From an uncultured Gemmatimonadales bacterium (GTDB lineage Bacteria; Gemmatimonadota; Gemmatimonadetes; Longimicrobiales; RSA9), in contig OY970192.1 in assembly GCA_963708135.1 (NCBI GenBank), forward strand, positions 704,001 to 768,000: 64,000 nucleotides of DNA. Reading direction: 5' to 3'. The notes beneath the pieces were generated by a model. It did no database searches and was not told the DNA's origin. It saw nothing but the letters and a program-made list of their open reading frames with translations. Both the position numbers and the translations under genes were made by a program. How positions within the stretch are numbered: the first letter of the stretch is position 1; the number at the start of each line of letters is the position of its first letter. Below, piece after piece: positions 28,630 to 38,827 of this stretch.

Positions 28630-30387
28630 ATGCCGCGCAGCCTCTTCTCGTCGTCGCCCTCGGGCTCGGCTTTCCGTTCTGGCTCGCCTTCGCCTGGCTC
28701 TACGAGATCACCCCGAGGGTCTCAGGCGGGAGAGCGAGGTCGATCCGGAGACCTCCCTCACCCACCGCACCGGGAAGCGGCTGGACCGCTGGATCATCGG
28801 GGTCCTGGCGCTCGCCGTCGTGGTGCCGCTGACCAACACCTTCGTCTGGCACGGTGGGGCGGGGCTCGCGCGCGGCACCTCGCCGGAGGCGCCCTCGAGC
28901 GCACCCGGCGTGGCGGCCGCCGCCGAGCCGGTGCCGCCGCATTCGATCGCGGTGCTGCCGTTCGTGAACGAGTCCTCGGACCGGGAGCAGGAGTACTTCG
29001 CCGACGGCATCGCGGAGGATCTGCTGGACCTGCTGGCGCGGGTGCCGGCACTGCGGGTGGCGGCGCGCACGTCGTCGTTCGCGTTCAAGGGGAAGGCGGT
29101 GAAGGTCCAGGAGATCGCACGACAGCTCCAGGTGGCGAACGTGCTGGAGGGCTCGGTGCGGAAGGCGGGCGGCCGGGTGCGCATCAGCGCGCAGCTCGTG
29201 CACGCGGCCAACGGCTACGAGGTGTGGTCGCAGACGTGGGACCGCAAGCTGGACGACGTCTTCGCCATCCAGGACGAGATCCCCGCGATGTGGTCGGGCA
29301 GCTCCAGGTGAGGCTGCTCGGGGCGACGCCGACGGTCCGCGAGACCGACCCCCGCGCGTACGCGCTCTACCTGCAGGGGCGCGAGCTGAGCCGCCGGTTG
29401 ACGCCCGAAGCGCTCACGCGCTCCGACTCGCTCCTCCGTCAGGTGCTCGCGATCGACCCCCGTTACGCCCCCGCCTGGACGAGGCTGGCCGCCAACTTCG
29501 CCCACGAGGCGAACATCGGGGTGGTGTCGAACGAGGAGGGCTATCGCCGGGCGCGCGAGGCGGCCGGGAAAGCGCTCGCAATCGATCCCGGCTACGCGCC
29601 CGCCCATGGAGAGCTCGGCTACATCGCAAGGTCCGCGGGCGACCTGGCCGGCGCGGCCCGGGAGCTGGAGCGGGCGCTCGCGCTCGACGCTACGGATCCC
29701 GATGTCCTGGGGAACAGCGCCGTGCTGCTCGCGTCGCTCGGGCGGCTGAAGGAGGCGATCGCGCTCCAGGAGTACGTCGTCGCACGCGATCCGGTGAACT
29801 TGAGCAGGCTTTCCAACCTGGGCTATACGTATGTCAGGGACGGCCGCTACGACGACGCGATCGCCCGCCTGCGGACGGGGCTGAGCCTGAGCCCCGGCTT
29901 TGGGGCCGCGCACTTTCTGATCGGCGAGGCACTGCTGCTGAAGGGGAACGCACCGGCGGCGCTTGGGGAGATGCAGCGGGAGACGAGCGAGTCCTGGCGC
30001 CTGGGGGGCCTGGCCATGGCCGACCACGCGCTCGGTCGCGAGGCGCAGTCCGATTCCGCGCTCGCGGCGCTCGTCCGCAAGTACCCGAAGGACGCGCCGT
30101 ACAACATCGCCTACGTCCACGCGTTCCGCGGGCAGCCGGACCAGGCGTTCGCCTGGCTGGACAGGGCGGTCGAGTACGGCGACCCCGGGCTTGCGGAGAT
30201 CCCGGCGGAGCCCCTCTTCGAGCGGATCCACTCCGACCCGCGCTGGCTGCCGTTCCTGCGCCGGATCGGCAAGGCGCCCGAGCAACTGGCGAGGATCCAC
30301 TTCCAGGTCGATCTGCCGCAGAGCGGGGACACGGCCACTGCCGCGGCGCGGTCCGCCCCGCCCCCGGTGGCGGCGGCCTCGGAGTGA
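28630..30387 (+). pseudogene. Disrupted TolB-N/TPR membrane protein, paralogue of 45054..46910
   Basis: MPRSLFS versus MRRSLFS, then about 42 codons missing relative to the paralogue; 1-nt losses near 28722 and 29283. SIAVLPFVNESSD..YFADGIAED and the TPR region align with the paralogue. Confidence 0.85.
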
Positions 30388-30388
30388 A

Positions 30389-32878
30389 TTGACCGGCCTG
30401 ATCCTCCGCGGCCTCCGCCGAAGTCCCGGCCTGACGGCCACGGCCGTGCTCTGCCTGGCCGTCGGCATCGGCGCGACCACGACCATGGCGGGAATCGTGG
30501 ACGTGCTGCTCTTCCGGCCGCCGGCGCACGTGCGGGATGCCGCCCACGTCGCCGAGCTCCACTTCGACTTCGTGTTCCCCGGCTCCACGCGGCACGTGCC
30601 CTCCATGATCGGCCAGGGTCTGGTCTACTCCCATTTCCTGCGGCTGCACGGCGACCTCCACTCGCTCGACCGGGTGGCCGGCTTCCACAAGGCCGAGCTC
30701 TCGCTCGGGCGGGGCGAGGCGGCCCGGCCGGTCCAGGCCGGCTTCGTCACGGGCGGCTTCTTCCCCCTGCTCGGCGTACGCCCCGGCCTCGGGCGGCTCA
30801 TCGCGAGCGACGGCACGGACGCCGCCGAGGCCGGCGCGGCGCCGGTCGTCCTCTCCGACGACCTCTGGCGCACGCGCTTCGGCCGCGACCCCTCGATCCT
30901 CGGCCGGCGCATCAGGGTGGGGCGGGGGAGCTACACGGTGGTCGGCATCACGCCCGCGGGGTTCCGCGGCCCTGAGCCGCTCCACCCGACGGAGCTCTGG
31001 CTGCCGATGGGCGCGGCCGAGCGAGAGCTGTACGACGGCGACCGCGAGGCCTTCACCGAGCAGAGCGAGGGGCTGGTCCGGGTGCTTGGACGGCTCCGGC
31101 CGGGCGTGCCCGAGCGGCGCGTGGCGGCGGAGGCTGCTGGAATCGTGCGGGGCGCCTACGTCGCCTACTTCGGGGAGCGCTTCGGGGACACCCGCGTCGT
31201 TGCCGCGCTCGCGCCGATCATCCCGGGCCTGGCCGGCGCGCGGGGCGGAGACGCGGCGGTGGCGCTCTGGCTCGCGGCCGTGGCGGCCGTAGTGCTGCTG
31301 ATCGCGTGCGCCAACGTGGCGGGGCTGCTGCTCGTGCGCGCGGCCGAGCGGCGGCGGGAGGCGGCGATCCGGCTCGCCCTGGGCGCCACGCCGTGGCGGC
31401 TCGCGCGGCTGTTCCTGGCCGAGGCGCTCGTGCTGGCCGCGGCCGGCGGGGTGCTCGGGCTACTCCTGCGGCAGTGGGGCGGCAGCGCGGTGCGCGCGTT
31501 CCTGCTGCCGCAGCTCGACGCGGCGCCCGGACCGCTCGATCCGCGCGTGCTCGGCGTGGCGACGCTGGTCACGCTGGCCACCGGCATCCTGTGCGGCGCG
31601 GCCCCGGGGGCGCACGCCTGGCGCCGCGACCTCGCCGGCGCGGTCGCCGGCGCGCGCGGCCGCGGCGGGCCGGCCCGCCAGCGGGCGCAGCGGGCGCTGC
31701 TCGTCGGGCAGGTCGCACTCGCGGTGGCCCTTGTGTCGGGCGCGGCGGCGTTCCTCACGAGCTGGTGGCACGTGCGCCGGCTTCCGCTCGGCTTCGCGCC
31801 GGCGCGCGTGCTGGTCGGCCGCATGCCGCTCGACGCGCTCGGCTACGACACGCCCGAGGAGACGGCCGCGTACGAGCGGATGCTCGCGCGGGTGCGCGCG
31901 CTCCCCCGCGTGCGCGAGGCGAGCCTGGCGGTGGCGCCGCCCTTCGTCGCCAGGCGGTACGCCGCTGTCGAGATCCCGGGCGTGGACAGAGACGCCGTGC
32001 GTCAGGCCTCGCGGGTGGCGCTCGGCCCGGAGCTCCACGCCGTCGGCCCCGGCTTCTTCCGCGCCACGGGCACGCGGATCCTCCGGGGGCGGGCGTTCGA
32101 GGCGGGAGACCGGGCGGGCGCGCGCGACGTCGCCATCGTGAACGAGCGGATAGCCCGAACCTTCTGGCCGGCCGGCGACGCGCTCGGCCGCTGCATCCGG
32201 GTCCACCGCCCCGGCCCGCCCGGCGCCGGGCCGCCGTGCAGCCGGATCGTCGGCATCGCCGCCGACACGCGCAGCGTGGGTCTGCGCGAGGCGCCCGACC
32301 TCCAGGTCTATCAGCCGCTTGCCCAACGCCCCGACCTCGCCCCCACGGTGCTCCTCGTGCGCACCGTGGGCGACCCGGCCGCCCTCGCCGCCGCCGCGCG
32401 CCGCGCCATGCAGGGCGCCGGGCCGGCGCTTCCCTTCGCCGATGTCCGGCCGTGGAGCACGTATCTCGATCCCGAAACCCGCCCGTGGCGCCTGGGCGCC
32501 TCCATGTTCACGCTGTTCGGCGCCATGGCTCTGGCGCTCGCGGCCCTCGGCCTCTACGCCGTCTTCTCCTACGCCGTCTCCCGCCGCGCCCCCGAGCTCG
32601 GCATCCGCGCCGCGCTTGGCGCCCGGGCGGCCGACCTGCTGGGGCTGGTCGTGCTGGACGGGCTCCGCCTGGCCGCGGCGGGCGTGGTCATCGGCGTCGC
32701 GCTGGCGCTGGCGCTCGGCCGGCTCCTGGCGGGTCTGCTCCTGGATGTGCACGCCGCCAGCCCCGCCCTGCTCGGCGCCGCCGCCGCGCTCGTGCTTGCC
32801 ATCACGGCGCTCGCCGTCGCCGTCCCCGGGCGGGGCGCGGCGCGGGCGGATCCCGCGCAGGTGATGCGGGAGGAGTGA
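30389..32878 (+). CDS. ADOP-family duplicated ABC permease (MacB_PCD/FtsX x2)
   Basis: LRRSPGLT..LAVGIGATT, LLIACANVAGLLLVRA..RRREAAIRLALGA, YAVSRRAPELGIRAALGA, AARADP. Confidence 0.9.
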   Translation: MTGLILRGLRRSPGLTATAVLCLAVGIGATTTMAGIVDVLLFRPPAHVRDAAHVAELHFDFVFPGSTRHVPSMIGQGLVYSHFLRLHGDLHSLDRVAGFHKAELSLGRGEAARPVQAGFVTGGFFPLLGVRPGLGRLIASDGTDAAEAGAAPVVLSDDLWRTRFGRDPSILGRRIRVGRGSYTVVGITPAGFRGPEPLHPTELWLPMGAAERELYDGDREAFTEQSEGLVRVLGRLRPGVPERRVAAEAAGIVRGAYVAYFGERFGDTRVVAALAPIIPGLAGARGGDAAVALWLAAVAAVVLLIACANVAGLLLVRAAERRREAAIRLALGATPWRLARLFLAEALVLAAAGGVLGLLLRQWGGSAVRAFLLPQLDAAPGPLDPRVLGVATLVTLATGILCGAAPGAHAWRRDLAGAVAGARGRGGPARQRAQRALLVGQVALAVALVSGAAAFLTSWWHVRRLPLGFAPARVLVGRMPLDALGYDTPEETAAYERMLARVRALPRVREASLAVAPPFVARRYAAVEIPGVDRDAVRQASRVALGPELHAVGPGFFRATGTRILRGRAFEAGDRAGARDVAIVNERIARTFWPAGDALGRCIRVHRPGPPGAGPPCSRIVGIAADTRSVGLREAPDLQVYQPLAQRPDLAPTVLLVRTVGDPAALAAAARRAMQGAGPALPFADVRPWSTYLDPETRPWRLGASMFTLFGAMALALAALGLYAVFSYAVSRRAPELGIRAALGARAADLLGLVVLDGLRLAAAGVVIGVALALALGRLLAGLLLDVHAASPALLGAAAALVLAITALAVAVPGRGAARADPAQVMREE

Positions 32879-33084
32879 GGCGAGCGGAGCGCGCGCGTGA
32901 CACTCCTCGGAGCCTGACCGGCCACGTCGAGGTTGACACCGCCCGCTCGGCCGTGAATAGTGCGGGAGCTCGATCATTCCCGCCGGCGCCCGACCCCCCC
33001 TCTCGCCGTGCCGGCATCACGCTCCTCCGAGATCGGACCCTCCGCGCCGACGCGCTCTGCCGGGCGACGGGTCCGCCCCGACGC

Positions 33085-34386
33085 ATGGGCCTCTACCTGC
33101 GCAAGAGCTTCCGCATGGGCCCGCTCCGGCTGAACGTCTCGCGGAGCGGGCTGGGCGCGTCCTTCGGCGTGAAGGGCGCCCGCATCGGCATGGACGCGCG
33201 CGGCCGCGCCTACGTGCACGCCGGCCGCGGGGGGCTGTACTACCGCGAGTACCTCGGCGGCCGCGAGCGTCCCCGTCCAGGCGACGCCTCCGCCTCCGCC
33301 CTCGCCGCGTCCTCGGCCGCCGACCTCGACGGCGGCTCGACCGTGATCTACGAGGACACGGGCGCGGCTTACCCGCCCACCGTCGCCCCGCCGCCGCGGC
33401 CCGTGCCCCTCTCGGTGCCGGAGCCGCGACCGGACCCGCGGCTGGTCCTCGGGCTGTTCACGGGCCTCGGCGGCGTCGTGGCCCTCTTCTTCTTCGACAC
33501 CGCGGGCGTGGTGGTCGGGGCCGCGCTGCTCATCGCCGCGGCGCTTTTCTCGGTCACGGGCTGGCGCGCCGACCGGGCGCGCGCCCGGCTGCGCGGCGCG
33601 CTCGCGCGGGCGCTGGCGACGGGGCCGACCGCCGTGGAGCCGTGGGCGGAGGCCGAGGCGCTGATCCGGCGCGGCGAGGTACGCCCCGAGCCGCGTCGCC
33701 TGGAGATCGAGCGGGCGTTCCTCGCCGCGTGCCGGTCCGCCGTGGCCGACGGCCGCGTGAGCAGCGACGAGTGCGACCTCCTCGACCGCCTCGACTCCGA
33801 CCTCGGCGGCCCGAGCGAGCGTACCATCGCCGCGCGCGTGGACGCGTTCCTGGCCGTATACGTCAAGGCCGTCGCCGACCGCGCGCTGGATGCCGAAGAG
33901 GAATCCACGCTGGGCCAGATCCGGCGCGCGCTCCGCGTCCGCGAGATGGCCGTCCGGCCCTACATCGCGTGGCTGCACGAGCTCCACGCGCTGCGCGAGA
34001 TCCAGGAGGGCACGCCGCCCGCAGTCGAGCCCACCGTCCCGCTGCCCGCCGGCGAGGTCTGCTACCTGGAGGCCCCCGGCCGCCTGCTCGGCGAGAAGCA
34101 GCTCCGCACCTTCCAGCGCGACCACGTCCGCTACCACGTGCGCGGACTCGTCCTCGAGCACGAGGGCACGCTCCTCATCACCAGCCGGCGCGTTCTCCTC
34201 GTTCACGACGGCACCACCAGCATCCCTCTCGCCCACATCCTCCACGTCGAGATCGACGCCGACGCCAACGTGCTCCGCATCACCCGCGACGACCGCGCGA
34301 CGCCGCTCATCCTGTCCACGCCGGACGTGGTGCGGGCAGGGGCGCTGCTTGGGAAGGTCACACAAGGCGAGCGGGAGGGGGTATAG
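33085..34386 (+). CDS. DUF4236-domain membrane protein with TerB-like and PH-like C-terminal regions
   Basis: MGLYLRKSFRMGPLRLNVSRSGLGASFGVKGAR..GLYYR; two TMs; DGRVSSDE and DRALDAEE; GTLLITSRRV. Confidence 0.8.
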   Translation: MGLYLRKSFRMGPLRLNVSRSGLGASFGVKGARIGMDARGRAYVHAGRGGLYYREYLGGRERPRPGDASASALAASSAADLDGGSTVIYEDTGAAYPPTVAPPPRPVPLSVPEPRPDPRLVLGLFTGLGGVVALFFFDTAGVVVGAALLIAAALFSVTGWRADRARARLRGALARALATGPTAVEPWAEAEALIRRGEVRPEPRRLEIERAFLAACRSAVADGRVSSDECDLLDRLDSDLGGPSERTIAARVDAFLAVYVKAVADRALDAEEESTLGQIRRALRVREMAVRPYIAWLHELHALREIQEGTPPAVEPTVPLPAGEVCYLEAPGRLLGEKQLRTFQRDHVRYHVRGLVLEHEGTLLITSRRVLLVHDGTTSIPLAHILHVEIDADANVLRITRDDRATPLILSTPDVVRAGALLGKVTQGEREGV

Positions 34387-34402
34387 GGCGGCCGGAGGGG
34401 TT

Positions 34403-34475
34403 ACTGCGGCACGACCGACTGCGGCACGACCAACTGCGGCACGACCAACTGCGGCACGACCAACTGCGGCAGACC
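34403..34475 (+). repeat. 15-bp minisatellite ACTGCGGCACGACCR, about 5 units
   Basis: Units at 34403, 34418, 34433, 34448 and 34463. Confidence 0.95.
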
Positions 34476-34554
34476 TCTCGCCAGAGTCGGGTCCGCGAGC
34501 TCATTCGAGTTCGACCCGAGGCTCATGACCCGGGTGGAGGTTGAAGGCTGTCGG

Positions 34555-36210
34555 CTACTCTGCCCGGCCTGGCGGCCTGAACCGCCGGGACTGGCGCTCG
34601 TACGCATGCGCGAATGCCAGCACCCGGGCGTCCGTTCCTGGAAGGCCCACCACCGACAGATTCAGCGCCGGCATGCCGTCCGCGCCGTAGCCGGCGGGGA
34701 CCGAGACCTCGGGGATCCCCAGCCAGTTGCCGTAGCCGAGCGGGGTGTGCATGTCCGGCCAGCCGCCGGCGAGGGTGAAGGCGGGGAAGGGCATGGTCGG
34801 GTAGACCATCGCGGCGACGCCGGCCGCCCGCATGGACGCCGCGAGCGCGCTCAGCACGTCGGCGCGCGAGCGGGCGAAGGACTGCCCGGCCGGATCCGTC
34901 GCCATCGGGTTCTGGAGCAGGGGCTCGCAGCCATCGAAGGTGGCGGGGAGCACATCGTAGTAGGACTGGTAGGCGGCGTACCCGCGGCGCACGGCCGCGC
35001 GCGGGTCCGTCGTGCGCCCGGCGAAGTAGAGGTAGAGCGCGTTGGCGGTCGGCGCGGGAGACTTGGGATCGGGGGCGACGTCGCCTCGCCGGTTCGCGGC
35101 GGCGGCGAAGGCGTCGCGGTAGTCCGCGAGGGTGACGGCGGGCGCGAACGGCTCGACGGTGGCGCCGGCGGCGCGCAGGTCGGCCACGGCGCGGTCCCAG
35201 ATGGCGACGGCCTCGGCGGACATCTGGTCGCGCGGGATGTGGGCCTCGACGATGCCGAGACGGACCCCGGAAAGCGCGTCGTCGCGTAGCGTGAAAAGGG
35301 GTGCGGGATCGAACGGCTGCGTGCGCGCGAGCGGGTCCGAGGGGTCGGGGCCGGCGACGGCGGCGAGCAGCAGGGCGGCGTCCGCCACGTGGCGCGCGAG
35401 CGGGCCGTGCGTGTCGAGGTAGGGCCAGGTCGGGATCACGCCCGTGCGCGGGACGAGGCCGAACGTCGGCTTCATGCCGACGATGCCGGTGAACTGGGCC
35501 GGGATTCGGTTCGACCCGCCGTCGTCGGTGCCGAGGGCGGCGAATGCCATGCCGTCGGAGACCGCCACGGCCGAGCCGGCGCTCGAGCCGCCGGGCGTGC
35601 GCGTGCCGGTGGGGTCGTGCGGGTTCAGCACCTGGCCGGAGTAGGTGCTTGTGCCGACGCCGTGGTAGGCGAAGTCGTCGGCCGCGGTCTTCCCGAGCAC
35701 GACGGCGCCGGCCGCGCGCAGGCGACGGACCTCGATCGAGTCGCGGCGCACGGGATCGGGGAAGAGGCGCGCCCACTCGGCATTCGAGCCGGTCGTGGGC
35801 AGCCCGTTCACGTCGTAGATGGCCTTGGGGAAGACCGGCACGCCGTCGAGGGGGCCGCGCACCCTTCCGGCGCGCAGCCGTTCGTCGGCAGCGCGGGCAT
35901 CGGCGAGGGCGGCGGTGGCCGCGAGGGCGTCGATGGCGCGCCAGCGGCTGCCGTCGCCGCGGCAGCGGACGAGCGCCCGCTCGGTGACCTCGGCGGCCGA
36001 CCAGTCGCCGCGGCGACGGCCGGCCTGGTAGTCGGCGATGGTGCCGACGAGGGGATCGTCGCCGGCGGCGCGGGGCGGCCGATCGGAGCCAGGGCCGACA
36101 TCGGGGTCGGCGGACGGATCGGCGCCGGCCGCGACGCCGGAGTGCGGCAGCCGTGGCAGCACGGCGAGGGCGGCGAGCCGGGCCAGGACTTCACGTCGGG
36201 TCGGAGACAT
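34555..36210 (-). CDS. Amidase-signature family enzyme with a Tat-like leader
   Basis: TRREVL leader; GPLDGVPVFPK, GAVVLGKT, PGGSSAGSAVAV, GTDDGGSNRIPA. Confidence 0.9.
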   Translation of the reverse strand: MSPTRREVLARLAALAVLPRLPHSGVAAGADPSADPDVGPGSDRPPRAAGDDPLVGTIADYQAGRRRGDWSAAEVTERALVRCRGDGSRWRAIDALAATAALADARAADERLRAGRVRGPLDGVPVFPKAIYDVNGLPTTGSNAEWARLFPDPVRRDSIEVRRLRAAGAVVLGKTAADDFAYHGVGTSTYSGQVLNPHDPTGTRTPGGSSAGSAVAVSDGMAFAALGTDDGGSNRIPAQFTGIVGMKPTFGLVPRTGVIPTWPYLDTHGPLARHVADAALLLAAVAGPDPSDPLARTQPFDPAPLFTLRDDALSGVRLGIVEAHIPRDQMSAEAVAIWDRAVADLRAAGATVEPFAPAVTLADYRDAFAAAANRRGDVAPDPKSPAPTANALYLYFAGRTTDPRAAVRRGYAAYQSYYDVLPATFDGCEPLLQNPMATDPAGQSFARSRADVLSALAASMRAAGVAAMVYPTMPFPAFTLAGGWPDMHTPLGYGNWLGIPEVSVPAGYGADGMPALNLSVVGLPGTDARVLAFAHAYERQSRRFRPPGRAE

Positions 36211-36233
36211 CTCGCGGGCGGGTCGGGGTGAGC

Positions 36234-36890
36234 TCAGCGCGGCGGGTGGCCGGTCACGCTGAAGTTGGTGGACGGCTGCGCCGGCGTCTCGCGGCGGGCG
36301 CTCAGGCAGAGCCACGCGGCCGGCGCGGCCTCGGCCGGCGGGACGACGGCGAACCTGATCGCGCGCAGCTCGAGGATCCGGAGCGTCGGCTCGAGCGCCT
36401 CGACCACCTCGCGGGCCGAGCGGCGGGGCGGCCCGGTCTCCCGTGGGCCGCCTTCGGTCGAGCCGATGAGGCTGAGCCAGGCACCGTCGGCAGCGAGCAC
36501 GTCAGCGACGCGCCGGGCGAACGCGGCGCGCTCCGTCGCCTGATCGAAGGTGTGGAAGCAGCCGCGGTCGAAGACGAGGTCGAACGGCGGCTCATCGAGC
36601 GTATCCTCGAGGAAATCGGCGGCGGCGAAGCGGCACGCGACGCCCGCGCGGTCGCGGCGCTCCTCGGCGCGCGCGATCGCCGCCGGCGACACGTCGAGGC
36701 CCAGCACGTCCGCGCCCTGGCGCGCGAGCCAGACGGAGTTCGTGCCCGTGCCGCAGCCGACCTCCAGCACGCGCGGACCGCCCACCCGGCCGCTCCGCCA
36801 TAGCTCGACCAGGTGGCGGTCGGGCTCGCCGGTATCCCAGGGAAGCGCCTCGCCCGACGTGTACCGCTCGTTCCAGTGAGAATCGTCCAT
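36234..36890 (-). CDS. Class I SAM-dependent methyltransferase (TPMT-like)
   Basis: WNERY..PWDTG.PD, VLEVGCGTG, FDLVFDRGCFH. Confidence 0.9.
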   Translation of the reverse strand: MDDSHWNERYTSGEALPWDTGEPDRHLVELWRSGRVGGPRVLEVGCGTGTNSVWLARQGADVLGLDVSPAAIARAEERRDRAGVACRFAAADFLEDTLDEPPFDLVFDRGCFHTFDQATERAAFARRVADVLAADGAWLSLIGSTEGGPRETGPPRRSAREVVEALEPTLRILELRAIRFAVVPPAEAAPAAWLCLSARRETPAQPSTNFSVTGHPPR

Positions 36891-36973
36891 GGCGCCACAA
36901 TACGAGGACGAAGGGTTCGCCGCGAGGGGACCGCGTCGATGCGCAGCCTGTTGCCTCACCTGCGCGCGGCCCG

Positions 36974-37135
36974 ATGCCGGGCTGTGTCCGTCGGGCCCGA
37001 TGCGCTGTCGTGGCGCTGATCCTCGCGTTGGGCTCCGGCGCAGGGGTACACGCCGCGCAGGCGAAGGTCCAGGCGCAGGTGGCGCGATACCCGGGTCGCG
37101 TGGTGGGCGCGTGCAGCGTGAACCCGCTGGGCCGG
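36974..37135 (+). pseudogene. Collapsed remnant of a secreted amidohydrolase_2-like gene
   Basis: Signal-like AVVALILALGSGAGVHAA is followed directly by AKVQAQVARYPGRVVGACSVNPL, which resembles an internal amidohydrolase motif, then low-complexity DNA. Confidence 0.4.
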
Positions 37136-37230
37136 GGCGCACGGGACGCTCGGGCGGGGTCGCCCGGGCGGGCCGAGGGACGCGTGTGGGCCGGGCGGCG
37201 CCGTGGGCGGGAGGCAGCGCGCGCACCGGG

Positions 37231-37434
37231 TCGGACGGTGTCGCGGGCGGACCAAACTCCCAGATCGCCGAAGGGGCCGAAGCGCCCTTGCAGAAATGGC
37301 CGCTATGCGGACCAAAGTCCCGTCGCGCTGGTGATGGCGGCGAACGCGAGGGGACTTTGGTCCGCTCGGCGGCCCAAACTGCGAGAGGGCTGCCGAGGGG
37401 GCGACGATCGTGCAGAAAGGTCCGGGCGCCGCCT
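37231..37434 (+). repeat. Palindromic dispersed repeat, copy C (left flank of the DUF559 gene)
   Basis: Arms 37298-37327 and 37345-37374; loop CTGGTGATGGCGGCGAA. Confidence 0.95.
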
Positions 37435-37498
37435 AAGGCAGCGACGCGACCGCTCCGCTCCCCCTGCGCGGCCGAGGGCCCCATCCACGAAATCTCGT

Positions 37499-37564
37499 CC
37501 CATCCCGCCATGGAACTGTCCCATCCCGCCATGGAGCTGCCCCGTCTCGCCATGGAGCTGCCCC
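37499..37564 (+). repeat. 21-bp tandem repeat x3 (CCCATCCCGCCATGGARCTGY)
   Basis: Three consecutive units, the third slightly diverged. Confidence 0.9.
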
Positions 37565-37639
37565 AGACGGCGACGCAGGGTAGACGCGTGGTGGGCTGTG
37601 GCAGGCACGAGGAGGGGCACCGGAGCGAGGATACTCTCC

Positions 37640-38545
37640 ATGGACACGGAACTGGAGCGTCGCCTGTGGGAGCTGGCAGCGCGGCAGCACGGGGTAGTGG
37701 CTCGCGGGCAGATGCTGGAGCTCGGCATGCGACCGGGCGCGATCGGACGGCGGGCGCGGCGCGGCGGGCTGCGTCGCCTGCACAGGGGTGTGTACCAGGT
37801 GGGGCCGGTGCTTGCGCCGTCGGGGCGGCTGCTCGCCGCGACGCTGGCGTGCGGTCGACAGGGGATCGTGGCCGACTGGAGCGCCGCCGTCGTCTGGCGC
37901 GTGCGCGAAGGGTCCGACGGCGAGCCCGTCCACATCCTGCTCGTGGGCGGCGGCGGGCGGAGCCGCCCGGGGATCCGGGTGCGACGCGTCCGCCGGCTCG
38001 ACCCCGACGAGCGCACGTGCGTGGACGGCATTCCCGTGACGACGCCGGCGCGGACCCTGCTCGACCTCGCCGCGGTCGCCGGGGCGGGCGAGCTGGAGCG
38101 CGCCGTCGCCAGGGCCGAGCGTGAGCGGCTCGTGAGCCGCGACCAGCTGCGGGCGATGCTGCTTCGGGGCGCCGGCCGGCCGGGAGCGCCGGCGCTCAGG
38201 GCCCTGCTGTCGCAGGCCGGCGGCCCGGCGCTGACGCGCTCGGAGGCGGAGGCGCTGTTCCTGAAGCTGATCCGGGAAGCGTCGCTGCCGCTCCCCGAGA
38301 CGAACGTGGTCGTCGGCGGCTACGAGCTCGACTTCCTCTGGCGCAAGCAGCGGATCGCCGTCGAGGTGGACGGCTACCGCTACCACGGCACGCGACGTCG
38401 CTTCGAGGCCGACCGTCGCCGCGCGACCCGCCTGGCGGCGCTCGGGATCCAGGTCATCCCGGTCACGTACCGGCAGATCGTCGAGCAGAGAACCGCGACG
38501 GCCGTGCAGATCGGGAATGCGCTGCTGCGGGCGGAGCTGCGGTGA
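37640..38545 (+). CDS. AbiEi-type wHTH plus DUF559 (Vsr-like PD-(D/E)xK) endonuclease-domain protein
   Basis: LAARQHGVVAR..LRRLHRGVY (AbiEi_4); TTPARTLLDLA; RSEAE..LPLPETN..DFLW..IAVEVDG..YH..DRRR (DUF559). Confidence 0.9.
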   Translation: MDTELERRLWELAARQHGVVARGQMLELGMRPGAIGRRARRGGLRRLHRGVYQVGPVLAPSGRLLAATLACGRQGIVADWSAAVVWRVREGSDGEPVHILLVGGGGRSRPGIRVRRVRRLDPDERTCVDGIPVTTPARTLLDLAAVAGAGELERAVARAERERLVSRDQLRAMLLRGAGRPGAPALRALLSQAGGPALTRSEAEALFLKLIREASLPLPETNVVVGGYELDFLWRKQRIAVEVDGYRYHGTRRRFEADRRRATRLAALGIQVIPVTYRQIVEQRTATAVQIGNALLRAELR

Positions 38546-38580
38546 ACGGAGAACGCGGGGTGGAGGGGGGCGGACCGGCG

Positions 38581-38809
38581 CGGACCGGAGCCGACCGGAG
38601 GGACGCCGCGGGGAGGACCGGGCCGTGCGGCGTCGCGAAGCGGGCCGGGGCCGACCGGAGCGGACCGGAGCCGACCGGAGGGACGCCGCGGGGAGGACCG
38701 GGCCGTGCGGCGTCGCGAAGCGGGCCGGGGCCGACCGGAGCGGACCGGAGCCGAACGGAGGGACGCCGCGGGGAGGACCGGGCCGTGCGGCGTCGCGAAG
38801 CGGGCCGGG
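38581..38809 (+). repeat. 80-bp tandem repeat, about 2.9 units
   Basis: Near-identical units start at 38581, 38661 and 38741. Confidence 0.95.
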
Positions 38810-38827
38810 ACACGTGGCGGAGCCGGA

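Noticed and set aside
37640..38545. Complete AbiE type IV toxin-antitoxin system
   Set aside because: There is no adjacent AbiEii nucleotidyltransferase gene; the gene is solitary and carries a DUF559 domain.
31306..38545. Apparent large fusion proteins in the ORF track (31306..34386, 36974..38545, also 21297..23549, 23150..26500, 28486..30387)
   Set aside because: The N-terminal extensions are stop-free GC-rich or repeat DNA; family motifs and start signals begin downstream.
38581..38809. CRISPR array (also considered for 17658, 27210, 34403 and 39070)
   Set aside because: The units are head-to-tail with no unique spacers, and there are no cas genes.
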